From sequence record MT612989.1: a DNA stretch of 64,000 nucleotides. One strand, 5' to 3'. Shown here piece after piece: positions 8,800 to 17,906 of the stretch. The position numbers and the translations under genes were made by a program. Numbering within the stretch: the stretch's first letter is position 1; the number at the start of each line of letters is the position of its first letter. The notes under the pieces are model-generated. The model did not search any database. It was not told the origin of the DNA and saw only the letters and a list, made by a program, of their open reading frames with translations.

Positions 8800-9251
8800 T
8801 GGTCAATTAACCAACCATATAGACAGAACTCAAGTAATTGATGAGGCATGAGCGATGTGCTATCACCAAAATGTCCGTCGAAATGAAACTCAAGTTCTTT
8901 ACCAGTCTCTTGGTTGAATATGTTTGTTGTGGTATCATGAACCCCACCGCAGCATTCACAATGCCAGTGATGTTCTTCTTGAGTCACATCGACGTGAGGG
9001 AATAGGTCTGTGATTAACTCGAACTCGTCTGGTTCTAGTTCGCGTGTTTTAAGCAGTGTTTCGATTATATTACGAGCGTCGTATTTTTCGCGTACGACAG
9101 TGCAGCCAATTGAAGGGATTTCAACCATAGCTGTCTTGTACATTTCACAGTTGTAGTTTTGATCGATGTATGATTCCCATGTTGCAGATAGCAAAAGGTC
9201 ATCATTGAACATGAATTGAAGGGAGTTTTGGTCTTGAATTAGTGTAATCAT
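8796..9251 (-). CDS. Hypothetical protein
   Basis: ORF track, 151 aa, HCECCGGVH motif. Confidence 0.7.
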   Translation of the reverse strand: MITLIQDQNSLQFMFNDDLLLSATWESYIDQNYNCEMYKTAMVEIPSIGCTVVREKYDARNIIETLLKTRELEPDEFELITDLFPHVDVTQEEHHWHCECCGGVHDTTTNIFNQETGKELEFHFDGHFGDSTSLMPHQLLEFCLYGWLIDQ

Positions 9252-9265
9252 ATATTTCTCTCAAT

Positions 9266-9288
9266 AAAAAAGCGCCCGTAGGCGCTTT
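9266..9288 (-). terminator. Intrinsic terminator
   Basis: GCGCC-TACG-GGCGC-TTTTTT on minus strand; same stem-loop at about 26207-26220. Confidence 0.8.
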
Positions 9289-9293
9289 GTGTT

Positions 9294-9545
9294 TTACGGT
9301 AAACGTAAGTCTTTTGCAGTGATGTAGATGTCTGTGTCAGGGTCGTAGTACATACCCTCACGTGCATCGTAGTAATAAACTTTACCATTCAGGTCAGTAT
9401 ATGGACCCTCTAGACCTGAATTAGACAAGTCTGGGTAACGGCTATCATCTACTTTACGATGTTTGACAACACGCTCGTGAAACTCTTGTTCAGTTTCTTG
9501 CAGTTTGACTTCACCTTTTTTGAAAAAATCGTTAAAACCTTTCAT
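9294..9545 (-). CDS. Small late protein with capsid-targeting-like leader
   Basis: Probable start MKGFNDFFKKGEVKLQE at 9545; TATAAATA 26 nt upstream. Confidence 0.75.
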   Translation of the reverse strand: MKGFNDFFKKGEVKLQETEQEFHERVVKHRKVDDSRYPDLSNSGLEGPYTDLNGKVYYYDAREGMYYDPDTDIYITAKDLRLP

Positions 9546-9570
9546 GTTAAACCTCTTTATTTGTTTAACG

Positions 9571-9578
9571 TATTTATA
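9571..9578 (-). promoter_or_regulatory. T4-type late (gp55) promoter
   Basis: Perfect TATAAATA on the minus strand. Confidence 0.8.
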
Positions 9579-9579
9579 A

Positions 9580-10593
9580 TCAATTGTAACTATATACTGA
9601 AGGGAAGTAGAATTCGTCAAGCCAGTCATCATACCACTCGTAGAAATCATTAACCAATTCAGGTGTGTGATTCGGAAGTGACGTTGTATCTTTTGCATTT
9701 TCTAGCACTTCAAGACGTTCTTGCAGCACTTCAGACACATATTCCCACTTGTACTTACCTTGTTTCACGTCACGATAGAACGCTGCGTTCTTCAAAGGGA
9801 ATTCCAACTTACCTACTGTTAGTATATCGATTGCTTGATCGATTACACGCATGGCATGTGATATCGCTTTCCAATCTGAACCACTTGCAGCACGCGCTTG
9901 ATATGCACGAGCACCATATTTGCTCATCATCTTCTCAAGACGACCCGCAGCTTCTTCAAACGTTATCTCAAGACCGAATACTTTCTCAAGCACACTGAAT
10001 GCAGGGTCTTTCAAATCGCTCGCGTCTTTAGTTTTAGGCCCATGATACCACTGAAAACGCACGTGAGCGTCTTCTGCACACAGTTCCCATAGTTGTTTGC
10101 ACAACTCAGGGCTTGAACCCAACTTCGCTTTAGAATCGACGTTGTGCGTCTCTACAGCACGGGCGAATTGCATAAGGCTGTTTAGTCGCGTACCTTTGAT
10201 GCCGTACTTCTGTGCTTGATTGAGCGCGTAACCAGTCATTGCTTTAACGTTTGATGTCAAATACGTACTTGTTAACTCACGACACATAGCAGAGAATGCA
10301 GGGTTGCAGTCATCTGGGTTCTGTAGTGCATTAAATGCCAATTCAATTGCATACGACTGACCTGCAAGAAAGTCACGCATGAACACTTGAACTGGTATAT
10401 ATTCAAAGTCTTCATCGTCTGCACCGTTCTTCTCAAACGATTTGCCAGTCGTGTGTACTGAGTTCTTTATTGCAACACCACGCAACAGTTTACGTATTTC
10501 AGGTTGAAAGACAGCTTTGTAGTCTGTATCTGACTCTGGCGTGTCTGTGCCATAGAGTTTCGAGCCGAATAGACTCGTGAATAGTACATTCAT
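9580..10593 (-). CDS. nrdC.11: Pol-beta-superfamily nucleotidyltransferase (T4 NrdC.11-like)
   Basis: LFGSKLYGTDTPESDTDY signature; WKAISHAMR; 337 aa. Confidence 0.8.
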   Translation of the reverse strand: MNVLFTSLFGSKLYGTDTPESDTDYKAVFQPEIRKLLRGVAIKNSVHTTGKSFEKNGADDEDFEYIPVQVFMRDFLAGQSYAIELAFNALQNPDDCNPAFSAMCRELTSTYLTSNVKAMTGYALNQAQKYGIKGTRLNSLMQFARAVETHNVDSKAKLGSSPELCKQLWELCAEDAHVRFQWYHGPKTKDASDLKDPAFSVLEKVFGLEITFEEAAGRLEKMMSKYGARAYQARAASGSDWKAISHAMRVIDQAIDILTVGKLEFPLKNAAFYRDVKQGKYKWEYVSEVLQERLEVLENAKDTTSLPNHTPELVNDFYEWYDDWLDEFYFPSVYSYN

Positions 10594-10865
10594 TGTACAC
10601 TCTCCCGCATAGCGATCATTGCGGTGTAGTTCATTACACTCACGTGATCATTATCTTCAAGTGCTTTATCGCGCAACTCATAGAGATAGTCGATAGAGCA
10701 CACATTAGGGTCGAACCAACCATGACGACCTTTCTTGCGTGCATCAGCAAGTTTTCTAGCCATTTCGTGACTAGAAGCAATGATCAATTGCTTATCAGCC
10801 CACTCTTCGTCTGGTTCAATTGATGGGTCAATAGCTAAATTCATGCTTATTTGAAAGAAGTTCAT
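10590..10865 (-). CDS. Conserved phage hypothetical protein
   Basis: KLADARKKGRHGW...CS motif, all-helical. Confidence 0.65.
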   Translation of the reverse strand: MNFFQISMNLAIDPSIEPDEEWADKQLIIASSHEMARKLADARKKGRHGWFDPNVCSIDYLYELRDKALEDNDHVSVMNYTAMIAMRESVQ

Positions 10866-10867
10866 AA

Positions 10868-11332
10868 TTACCCCAGTGTCAATGTATTCATCATTTGTGT
10901 TTTATAGTTATCACCTAGACCGCTACTGCGTGCAGCTTGAATACCGATGTAGATGCGCTTGTTGAATGGTTTCACGATTGACTCTAGAATTTCAACGATG
11001 TCGTGACCTAACATAGGCTGCACGTGCTCGATGAAGATATGTTCACGATCTTGAGTACATGCAAATGAAACTGCCTCAATGAGTTTTTCAAGATTCAGTC
11101 CACCACATACAACCAATGCACCAACACCAATTTTATTAGCCATATTAGCGGGATGTGTTTCTGTAACGATCATTGTACAGTTGTCGATGCCACGTTGCAT
11201 CATCATACCCAATAGCATAGTGTTTTTACCACTTGCAGGTGAGCCTAGAACAACTGTGCTGTACTCGCCATTTAAAATACTCAGCTTAGAAACAGTAGTG
11301 TTCGCAGCGCGTAGAATGTCTTTTGGTGTCAT
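10868..11332 (-). CDS. Small P-loop NTPase-like protein
   Basis: GSPASGKNT Walker A; start reassigned to MTPKD downstream of promoter. Confidence 0.6.
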   Translation of the reverse strand: MTPKDILRAANTTVSKLSILNGEYSTVVLGSPASGKNTMLLGMMMQRGIDNCTMIVTETHPANMANKIGVGALVVCGGLNLEKLIEAVSFACTQDREHIFIEHVQPMLGHDIVEILESIVKPFNKRIYIGIQAARSSGLGDNYKTQMMNTLTLG

Positions 11333-11384
11333 AATATAAATCTCTTTTTGTTGGATTATTGAACGTTTAATCAGAATATGCCTT

Positions 11385-11413
11385 ATGATAAGCATTTTTT
11401 ACACTTTAGTCAA
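11385..11413 (-). promoter_or_regulatory. Early sigma70-type promoter
   Basis: TTGACT-N17-TATCAT. Confidence 0.8.
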
Positions 11414-11465
11414 CAATTATTTTGTCTTTTTTATGAGAAAATTGTAAATCAAGTAGTGTTGTAGC

Positions 11466-11473
11466 ACTAAATA
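11466..11473 (+). promoter_or_regulatory. Late-promoter-like motif
   Basis: ACTAAATA upstream of a plus-strand gene. Confidence 0.55.
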
Positions 11474-11500
11474 TATCATACACAATATTTTATTCAGTTT

Positions 11501-11574
11501 CGAGGGTCGTGACTATGTATCGCATTGGTCACTGCGAGTATTGGTTCCAACTATAGTCGCTTCCCTCGTTTTTT
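11501..11574 (+). ncRNA. Candidate structured small RNA or leader attenuator
   Basis: Nested stems CGAGGG/CCCTCG, GTGACTAT/ATAGTCGC, TCGCA/TGCGA and TTG/CAA, followed by TTTTTT. Confidence 0.45.
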
Positions 11575-11597
11575 ATTACTGACAACAAAGGAATACC

Positions 11598-12158
11598 GTG
11601 ATGGAACTTAAAACATTTGATGAATATAAAGAAACAGAGCTTAAAGAAGCTACAATAAAGCAATGGGCTGGTCGTTCTGCATTAGCTGGTGCATCTCTCG
11701 GTGCTGCATTTGGCTTTATGACCGCAGCAGCGGGTGCGACAGCAACAGGTGGTTTGGCAGTCGCTGTACCACTTGCAACATGGGGTGCAATTAGTCTCGG
11801 TATTCATGGTCTTATTGGTGGTGCGTTATTTGCAGGCGGTCAAGCACGCAAAGACTACAGCGAACTCAAAAAGACTATGAAGAAAATCGAGAAGTATCGC
11901 TCACTGAAACAAGACGATATCACTGAGAAGAAAGTAGCAGCATTTGAAAAAGACTTAGAGCGTTCGCTGTTCTTAGTTCGTAAGCTTCGCACAAGTCTCA
12001 ACAGTGACATTGATATTGCAACAGCGAAAGGCGTATTTCGTAGCGACATCAAGCAATCTGATCAATATCTTCAAGGTCTTGAGAAGATGGAAGCAGAGCT
12101 GATAAAGATTGAAAAGGCTACTAAACGTGCTAAAAAAGCCGCTAAGAAGTCAAAATAA
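11598..12158 (+). CDS. Glycine-zipper hydrophobic-hairpin plus coiled-coil protein with capsid-targeting-like leader
   Basis: MELKTFDEYKETELKE; about 55-aa Gly/Ala-rich hydrophobic tract; basic coiled coil; AAAGGA RBS. Confidence 0.75.
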   Translation: MMELKTFDEYKETELKEATIKQWAGRSALAGASLGAAFGFMTAAAGATATGGLAVAVPLATWGAISLGIHGLIGGALFAGGQARKDYSELKKTMKKIEKYRSLKQDDITEKKVAAFEKDLERSLFLVRKLRTSLNSDIDIATAKGVFRSDIKQSDQYLQGLEKMEAELIKIEKATKRAKKAAKKSK

Positions 12159-12159
12159 C

Positions 12160-12190
12160 AAAAAAAGGGAGCTAATTGCTCCCTTTTTTT
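12160..12190. terminator. Bidirectional intrinsic terminator
   Basis: A7-GGGAGC-TAATT-GCTCCC-T7 between convergent genes. Confidence 0.88.
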
Positions 12191-12681
12191 TATCTGCGAC
12201 GTTTTTTAAACTTCGATTTTTTCACTTTTTTGACTGCTCGATTTAAAAAGCTTTCTTTTTTCTGTTTCTTCTTGACTACAGTCTTTGTTATCTTCTTCGC
12301 TTCTACCTTTTTAGGTTCAACACGTTTAATCACTGGCGCTTTCTTTACAGGCTGCTTGATTACAACTTGCTTAACGTGCGTCTTCTTCGACTCAAAAGAA
12401 TCACCTACTTCGTCGATTAACTCAGCAGCAACAAAACCAATCGCTGCATCACCTAAATCAAACCCGTCATCTTGCTGTACAACGACTGTCTGTGGTTGTT
12501 GCGGTTGTTCTTCAACAACAGGCGGCGTCACATCAAACTTTTCAGTAGTTGGTGCGTCAACTAGTAGCTGTTCATCTTCTTGTTCAGCATAGTAAGCGTT
12601 AGTATCAAGCGTCGCAGGTTTGTTGTCACATGCGGCAAGTGTCAGTGTTGCTAGTGCAACGAGTATAATTTTACGAATCAT
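12190..12681 (-). CDS. Lipoprotein with very basic C-terminal tail
   Basis: Lipobox LAA-C after the signal peptide; Lys/Arg-rich tail ending KKRRR. Confidence 0.75.
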   Translation of the reverse strand: MIRKIILVALATLTLAACDNKPATLDTNAYYAEQEDEQLLVDAPTTEKFDVTPPVVEEQPQQPQTVVVQQDDGFDLGDAAIGFVAAELIDEVGDSFESKKTHVKQVVIKQPVKKAPVIKRVEPKKVEAKKITKTVVKKKQKKESFLNRAVKKVKKSKFKKRRR

Positions 12682-13361
12682 AATAGCTCCGTGTGAAATA
12701 ATTCACTAGTTTCTTCAAAGAATTTAACAGCATCTTTTTCATTGATGAAAGTATGCCACTTCATTGATGTATGTTGCGTTTCGACTATTAGCTGATTTAT
12801 TGCTACGACATATCGACCGCTATCATCTTGACCAAGTGTAACAAATCTATCGGCTTTATCGTTGCTGTCAAAATACTGGTCAATTATTGTATCTATACCA
12901 TGTGCATCTTTATCAAATCGAACTTCTTGATCGATGCCTAAATGCGTCTCAAGACGGTCTAGTTTGTGCAATAATGCATCGTTCTGACTCTTCAACACGC
13001 GATTCTGAATGCTTTTATCAAACTTGGACACGACCCATGAGTTGATAATACCAATAGTCAAACCCAGTAACGATGTACCAACAACAAACATACACCCGAT
13101 GACATATCGACCACCTGTAGTGACAGGGTACTTGTCACCAAAACCGATTGTACTCATTGCCATCCATACTGTCCAGAAAGAATCACCCGGTGTTGTGATG
13201 TTCGCGTCAGGGTTTTGTATTTCGAATGAAAATAATATATTTGCCGCAGTAAGTGCTATTGATAGAGCGATTACTATCATCAAACCGAATATCATCAGCA
13301 TATTATACTGAGCAACTCCATGCTCATCGTATTTTCGAATATGTTTCTTAAATCGTTTCAT
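12678..13361 (-). CDS. 2-TM (KcsA-like) potassium channel
   Basis: TM1, pore helix SFWTVWMAMS, selectivity filter TIGFGD, KYPVTTGGR turn, TM2, cytosolic tail. Confidence 0.9.
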   Translation of the reverse strand: MKRFKKHIRKYDEHGVAQYNMLMIFGLMIVIALSIALTAANILFSFEIQNPDANITTPGDSFWTVWMAMSTIGFGDKYPVTTGGRYVIGCMFVVGTSLLGLTIGIINSWVVSKFDKSIQNRVLKSQNDALLHKLDRLETHLGIDQEVRFDKDAHGIDTIIDQYFDSNDKADRFVTLGQDDSGRYVVAINQLIVETQHTSMKWHTFINEKDAVKFFEETSELFHTELL

Positions 13362-13692
13362 TGTCGTTCACCGCCAGTGCAATTGTGAATTGAAAGTATT
13401 CTTTAAGTTCTGCATAATCAGAATCACTTAGAGTTTCTTTGATGAATTTGATAGTTGCCTTCAATGCACCGTGAGGCAAGATAACTTGATCATCGTTGCA
13501 GTACTCAATGTCATAACGCTCGGCTAACACATTCAGATGATAATCGCGATATACTGAACGTTGAATACTGTTCATGCAGCCATATGCGAAAGCAAGAGCA
13601 CTGCGGTATTTTTCTTTATTAACGACCGCTGCGTCATTCTGTTCGACAAGTGCTTCAACAGCGCGTAAGTCAGTAGCGTTCATAACTTTCAT
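13348..13692 (-). CDS. Hypothetical protein
   Basis: ORF track; GAGGA RBS. Confidence 0.7.
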   Translation of the reverse strand: MKVMNATDLRAVEALVEQNDAAVVNKEKYRSALAFAYGCMNSIQRSVYRDYHLNVLAERYDIEYCNDDQVILPHGALKATIKFIKETLSDSDYAELKEYFQFTIALAVNDNETI

Positions 13693-13704
13693 AATGTTTT
13701 CCTC

Positions 13705-13962
13705 TTATAAGCAATCAATGTGAACTTCGATAGAATTTAGGTCATCAGACGAGAACCACGTAATATCATACGGTTGAACGTCATCAGTATCGTCATCGTG
13801 AACATAACCAACACCGATGCTACCACGACGTGGTGAAACTACAAGACAGCCGATGATTTCACGATACTCAGTGATTGTGTGAACTTCACCATCAGTAGTT
13901 GTACAAGCATAGTCGATGTCATATGTTGATTCTAGTGAAGCGATAATTTGTTGTGCAGTCAT
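13705..13962 (-). CDS. Hypothetical acidic protein
   Basis: ORF track; first gene after promoter. Confidence 0.7.
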   Translation of the reverse strand: MTAQQIIASLESTYDIDYACTTTDGEVHTITEYREIIGCLVVSPRRGSIGVGYVHDDDTDDVQPYDITWFSSDDLNSIEVHIDCL

Positions 13963-13997
13963 AATGTTCTCTTTCGTTGTTTCGTTTCAGTAGTTGT

Positions 13998-14036
13998 ATA
14001 ATACACAAAAGGGCTGACCGAAGTCAACCCTTTTTT
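13998..14036 (-). promoter_or_regulatory. Composite terminator/early promoter cassette
   Basis: GGGTTGAC-TTCG-GTCAGCCC-TTTT hairpin containing TTGACT, N18, TATTAT. Confidence 0.82.
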
Positions 14037-14040
14037 AAAA

Positions 14041-15081
14041 TTATTTCAAAGTATTTTTGTCTAGCTCTTTCAGAACTAGATATTCGCTACAGCGCAACTT
14101 GGTGTTGTTGTAATCAGATGGTACAGACACAACATCACGTGGGTTGACTTTACAAAGCACGACGCGATTACCCGCAGCACCACCAAAGTGTGGCAAGTAA
14201 CCTTTCGAACAGACATGCAGACCAGCCGAACAAGTTTGATCTTTGTTGTCGTTCACTTGGTGACGCAACATCCATACACGTGTACCTGGCTTATTGCACA
14301 TTTTGTTACTGTGAATGTCTTTGTAGTTGTCGCGAATCTTTTTGTACGCTAAGAAGTGACCATCATCGGTTAGTTCGATATCAGCAGCTTCTAAGAAGCC
14401 GTAAAGCTCTTCGACAGCGCGACGCGATGGGTTCTCGATTAGATTCTCGAAGAACTTCACGAGTTTAGTCACTTGAGTCTTGTCACCATCTTCCATAGCT
14501 TCAAGAATGCGACCAGTCATACCACCATCGATATCAAGGTCTTTGTACTTAACAACGCCACCTTTCACTTTGACATTACCAAGCATAAACTCTTCAATGC
14601 CTTTTGCTACATCTAGAAGTTCAACTGCGGTAGCACCGTCATTGTCTAGCAATGCTTCAACGATCTTGCTGTAGTTCGGTGCTGTGATATCGGCAGAATA
14701 AGCTTGACCGTCAACAGTAAAAGACACGTTAACTGGCGTGATTACATAAGCGAATTCTTCAATCGCCTCGTCAAGCTTTTGATCAAGAGTCTTTTCAGGC
14801 TCAGGTGCTTTCGTCTTAGGCGTTGGCTCTTTAGTACCAGTAGTGTCTAGCAACTTCTCTAGGTTTTCTTTGAATACGTCTTGACAATGTTGTTTACGGC
14901 GCGGGCGTTTGACAACTTGCTTTGCAGTATTCAAGCTGAATTTACCATCACGATGTTCAGCAAGAACACGGCGTAGAGTGGTTGGCGAAGTCCCATGCTT
15001 CGCCGCGTTGTCTTTCTGTGTCATACCATTAGCAGATGCTTTAACGATAGACTGTTTTGTTTCGAGTGGCAAGTTAACCAT
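14041..15081 (-). CDS. rIIB: rIIB protein
   Basis: N-terminal HTH; LELTDDG-type segment, FLAYKKIRDNY, CSAGLHVCS, VNPRDVVSVP, KLRCSEY. Confidence 0.92.
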   Translation of the reverse strand: MVNLPLETKQSIVKASANGMTQKDNAAKHGTSPTTLRRVLAEHRDGKFSLNTAKQVVKRPRRKQHCQDVFKENLEKLLDTTGTKEPTPKTKAPEPEKTLDQKLDEAIEEFAYVITPVNVSFTVDGQAYSADITAPNYSKIVEALLDNDGATAVELLDVAKGIEEFMLGNVKVKGGVVKYKDLDIDGGMTGRILEAMEDGDKTQVTKLVKFFENLIENPSRRAVEELYGFLEAADIELTDDGHFLAYKKIRDNYKDIHSNKMCNKPGTRVWMLRHQVNDNKDQTCSAGLHVCSKGYLPHFGGAAGNRVVLCKVNPRDVVSVPSDYNNTKLRCSEYLVLKELDKNTLK

Positions 15082-17143
15082 TGCGTTTTCCTCTCAAGAG
15101 TTTAATTAGTTTTGTAGTTGATTCTTCACACGTGTTAGAACCAACAAGTTTGAATAGCAATTCATATTTCGATTCATTTTGAATCTTTTTCAACTTCTCT
15201 AAGTGCTTTTCTTGCTCTTGTGTTCGAACGTCGCGAATAGCAGAGAAGTGGTCGCACAGTCGATCAATCGTCTGATTACACGTGTGATAAGAACGAGCGT
15301 AACCGAAATGATTACGAACAGCATCATTATTCCACGTCATCACAAGCGCACTGCGATACCCGTACAGATTGTTATCAACTGTGTATGATTTCCAATCAAT
15401 TTTACTACGCAATTCACGCTTGTTAAACTTAATATCAAAGATATTTACAGCATTTTCATTACCTTTGATGTGAACGTACTCAGGACGTCGAGCGATGTAA
15501 ACAACATCAATGCCTTTAATACGCATAATCGTCTCGATCATACCCAACGAACGATGGTAATCAAGACCATGACCACACTCTGGTACTTTCTCAATGTAAT
15601 CACGGAACAGACTTACGTAATGAAACGAACCGCTCTTTAATACTTCGCGTTTAACGTCAGATGCTTTAACTGTACGCTCGCCGTCTTCATTAATTCGCAT
15701 TTCATACAAACGAATTGTAGCTGACACTGGTTTTTTCTTGACGCTCTTCTTCTGAGGCGTGTAATTCGCTTTCAAATCAGACGTTTTCAACACGCGATAC
15801 TCACAATCACGAAGACGTTCTTTGAAGAATGCCAACGGTGCAGTCGTAGACGGCTTATCGTCATGATGATAGAAAATACTCACGTTTTCTTGACGAATAT
15901 ATTCTTTTGTGATTGCAACACCACCAGACTTCAAATCGTCAACAATGACCGTAATCGGTTTTTTAGAGTAATCATTACGCGGGTTGACCAAGTCGTACGG
16001 ACGCGCAGCACGGGTATTGCGTTGAACACCTTCTTTATTGCTGCACTCAGGTCGCATACGTACAGTTTTACCCATAATCGGGAAATCTTTAAGCATACGA
16101 CTTGCATAAGTCGCCACAAGCTCGTCATTAAACTTCAGCTTCTTCAGCACAACGTCATTGAAACGATTGTCACAAGCGCGATATGCATCACCGATATAAT
16201 CAAAGTTTTGATCATCAACCCATTTCTGTGCTTCAGCTAGAAACTTAGAATTGATTTCATTCACACGCTTATTGATATTGTCAATCGTATAGTCATCATA
16301 GTGAAGCTCTTCACGAGACGCACTGACATCGAGTTCACCAATCGGGAATTCAATGTATAGATCAGAGTTCTTGAAGTAGTTTCGAACTAGATGAATATCT
16401 TGAATGTGATATTCACTTAGTGGGTAACAAACATTGCCCATTACTGCGTAAACATCACCAGAACGCCATGAATTCTTCTTGTTTTCAGTGAAGTAACCGT
16501 CCATATGAGTGAAATTACGCTCAGAAAGAGTGATATTCGTCTCAACAGCAGGTGCTTTGAAGTACGGCATTACTTTGTTTGCAGCTTCTTTGAAGCGATT
16601 GAAGTCTTCTTTACGTACTGGTACGATTACTTCAACACCATCAGGCTCATCAGTTGGTGCAGGCTCTGACATACAAGTGATTGCAGGTTCGCCATTATCA
16701 AGATAAGCAGAGTAAACCGCTTTAAGACCGTTCTTTGTTGACTTAACAGTGAACGATTGACCGTTGTTATAGCTAAACGGTGTCTTAGAACCAAGACCCA
16801 TTGCACCAATCACGTCGTTCGAGTCGTCTTTCGTCGAATCAAAAACAGTCGTGTACACGCCAAAGATCTCGTCATCGCTCATACCACAACCGAAATCTTT
16901 CACTGCAAACCATGGTTCAAACTGATTCGGCAAGTGTACTTCGATTGCTTTATCGATATTTTTGTTCATTTGATGAGCATCCCAGCCGTTACATGTCAAT
17001 TCACGTACAATAGCTAGAATAGGGTCTTTGTATAGTGTAGTCGAAATAATACGAAAGCCTTTTGCACTTGCTTTCATATTAAAGCCAGCCGTTCGCATCT
17101 TACCAGATGTTTGGACTTTACTTTCAGGGGTATGAATAATCAT
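15074..17143 (-). CDS. rIIA: rIIA protein (N-terminal GHKL/HSP90-like ATPase)
   Basis: IVRELTCNGWDAH, DFGCGM, STKDDSNDVIGAMGLGSKTPF; directly upstream of rIIB. Confidence 0.92.
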   Translation of the reverse strand: MIIHTPESKVQTSGKMRTAGFNMKASAKGFRIISTTLYKDPILAIVRELTCNGWDAHQMNKNIDKAIEVHLPNQFEPWFAVKDFGCGMSDDEIFGVYTTVFDSTKDDSNDVIGAMGLGSKTPFSYNNGQSFTVKSTKNGLKAVYSAYLDNGEPAITCMSEPAPTDEPDGVEVIVPVRKEDFNRFKEAANKVMPYFKAPAVETNITLSERNFTHMDGYFTENKKNSWRSGDVYAVMGNVCYPLSEYHIQDIHLVRNYFKNSDLYIEFPIGELDVSASREELHYDDYTIDNINKRVNEINSKFLAEAQKWVDDQNFDYIGDAYRACDNRFNDVVLKKLKFNDELVATYASRMLKDFPIMGKTVRMRPECSNKEGVQRNTRAARPYDLVNPRNDYSKKPITVIVDDLKSGGVAITKEYIRQENVSIFYHHDDKPSTTAPLAFFKERLRDCEYRVLKTSDLKANYTPQKKSVKKKPVSATIRLYEMRINEDGERTVKASDVKREVLKSGSFHYVSLFRDYIEKVPECGHGLDYHRSLGMIETIMRIKGIDVVYIARRPEYVHIKGNENAVNIFDIKFNKRELRSKIDWKSYTVDNNLYGYRSALVMTWNNDAVRNHFGYARSYHTCNQTIDRLCDHFSAIRDVRTQEQEKHLEKLKKIQNESKYELLFKLVGSNTCEESTTKLIKLLRGKRNG

Positions 17144-17150
17144 GTATTTC

Positions 17151-17288
17151 TCACATATCGTTAATTACCTCGTTTAGAGCGTCCACTGCTTCTATATGAG
17201 GCATCTTGTATTGCTTTTCAAGACAATGAATGATGTCATCGAATTCATATTCAGACTCAATCATGTCGCGTATCATGTTGTCAATCAT
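17151..17288 (-). CDS. Small acidic hypothetical protein (45 aa, not in ORF track)
   Basis: MIDNMIRDMIESEYEFDDIIHCLEKQY...; AGGAG RBS; promoter at 17314-17341. Confidence 0.6.
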   Translation of the reverse strand: MIDNMIRDMIESEYEFDDIIHCLEKQYKMPHIEAVDALNEVINDM

Positions 17289-17313
17289 AGTAGTTCTCCT
17301 TCAATTTAAGAGC

Positions 17314-17341
17314 ATTATACACAATTGACAACTCACGTCAA
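17314..17341 (-). promoter_or_regulatory. Early sigma70-type promoter
   Basis: TTGACG-N16-TATAAT; TTGAC...GTCAA inverted repeat. Confidence 0.65.
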
Positions 17342-17344
17342 CAA

Positions 17345-17653
17345 CTATCGAGGGATTACCGTGCGAAGATTTGCAGCTTCTACTAACGCAGCGCGATAAG
17401 CATCTGGGTACTTTTGCTCGACGATTTCAGGTTCGACAATCGTCGCTGAACTACCGACAGGTAATTTGGCATTGTTGCTAACACCACCGTAAGGTCTGAG
17501 TTCTAGGTATTTACGACGACCATCAGGCAAGTCAACAACGAGCAGTACGTTCATTGAGTAAGAACGACCTGAGTTCTTTGCACGCAATACAAAGTCACCG
17601 TCTTTAATTTCTCGACCGAAAAAATCTGTTTGTCTAGTCATCACATGCCTCAC
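17345..17653 (-). CDS. Hypothetical protein
   Basis: DFFGREIKDGDFV motif typical of small phage SH3-like proteins; start may be 17641. Confidence 0.7.
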   Translation of the reverse strand: MRHVMTRQTDFFGREIKDGDFVLRAKNSGRSYSMNVLLVVDLPDGRRKYLELRPYGGVSNNAKLPVGSSATIVEPEIVEQKYPDAYRAALVEAANLRTVIPR

Positions 17654-17906
17654 TCAGTGTTGATTGACCGAAATACCAGCTACCTGCAAATGTAAGTTTC
17701 TTGCAGCCGTCTTTGGTGAAATCTTGCCAGAAGTCTACTTGCCAACCGTTTGTCTCAAGATCATGAGCTTCGTAGCCAATTTCTTGTAAGTAGTTGACAA
17801 TATCAAACGGAGTAAACTCTTGCACGCTGTGTGCAATATTTGAACCTGCTTCAATTTTTTCAATCGCGAGGTCAATTACTTCTTTGATTCGAGTTTTATC
17901 TACCAT
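17634..17906 (-). CDS. Hypothetical protein
   Basis: ORF track; NGWQVDFW motif. Confidence 0.7.
   Translation of the reverse strand: MVDKTRIKEVIDLAIEKIEAGSNIAHSVQEFTPFDIVNYLQEIGYEAHDLETNGWQVDFWQDFTKDGCKKLTFAGSWYFGQSTLSEACDD

Noticed and set aside
11501-11574. tRNA or pseudo-tRNA interpretation of the structured element
   Set aside because: No 7-bp acceptor stem with cloverleaf spacing, no GTTCRA T-loop in a proper stem, no CCA; kept only as an ncRNA or attenuator candidate.
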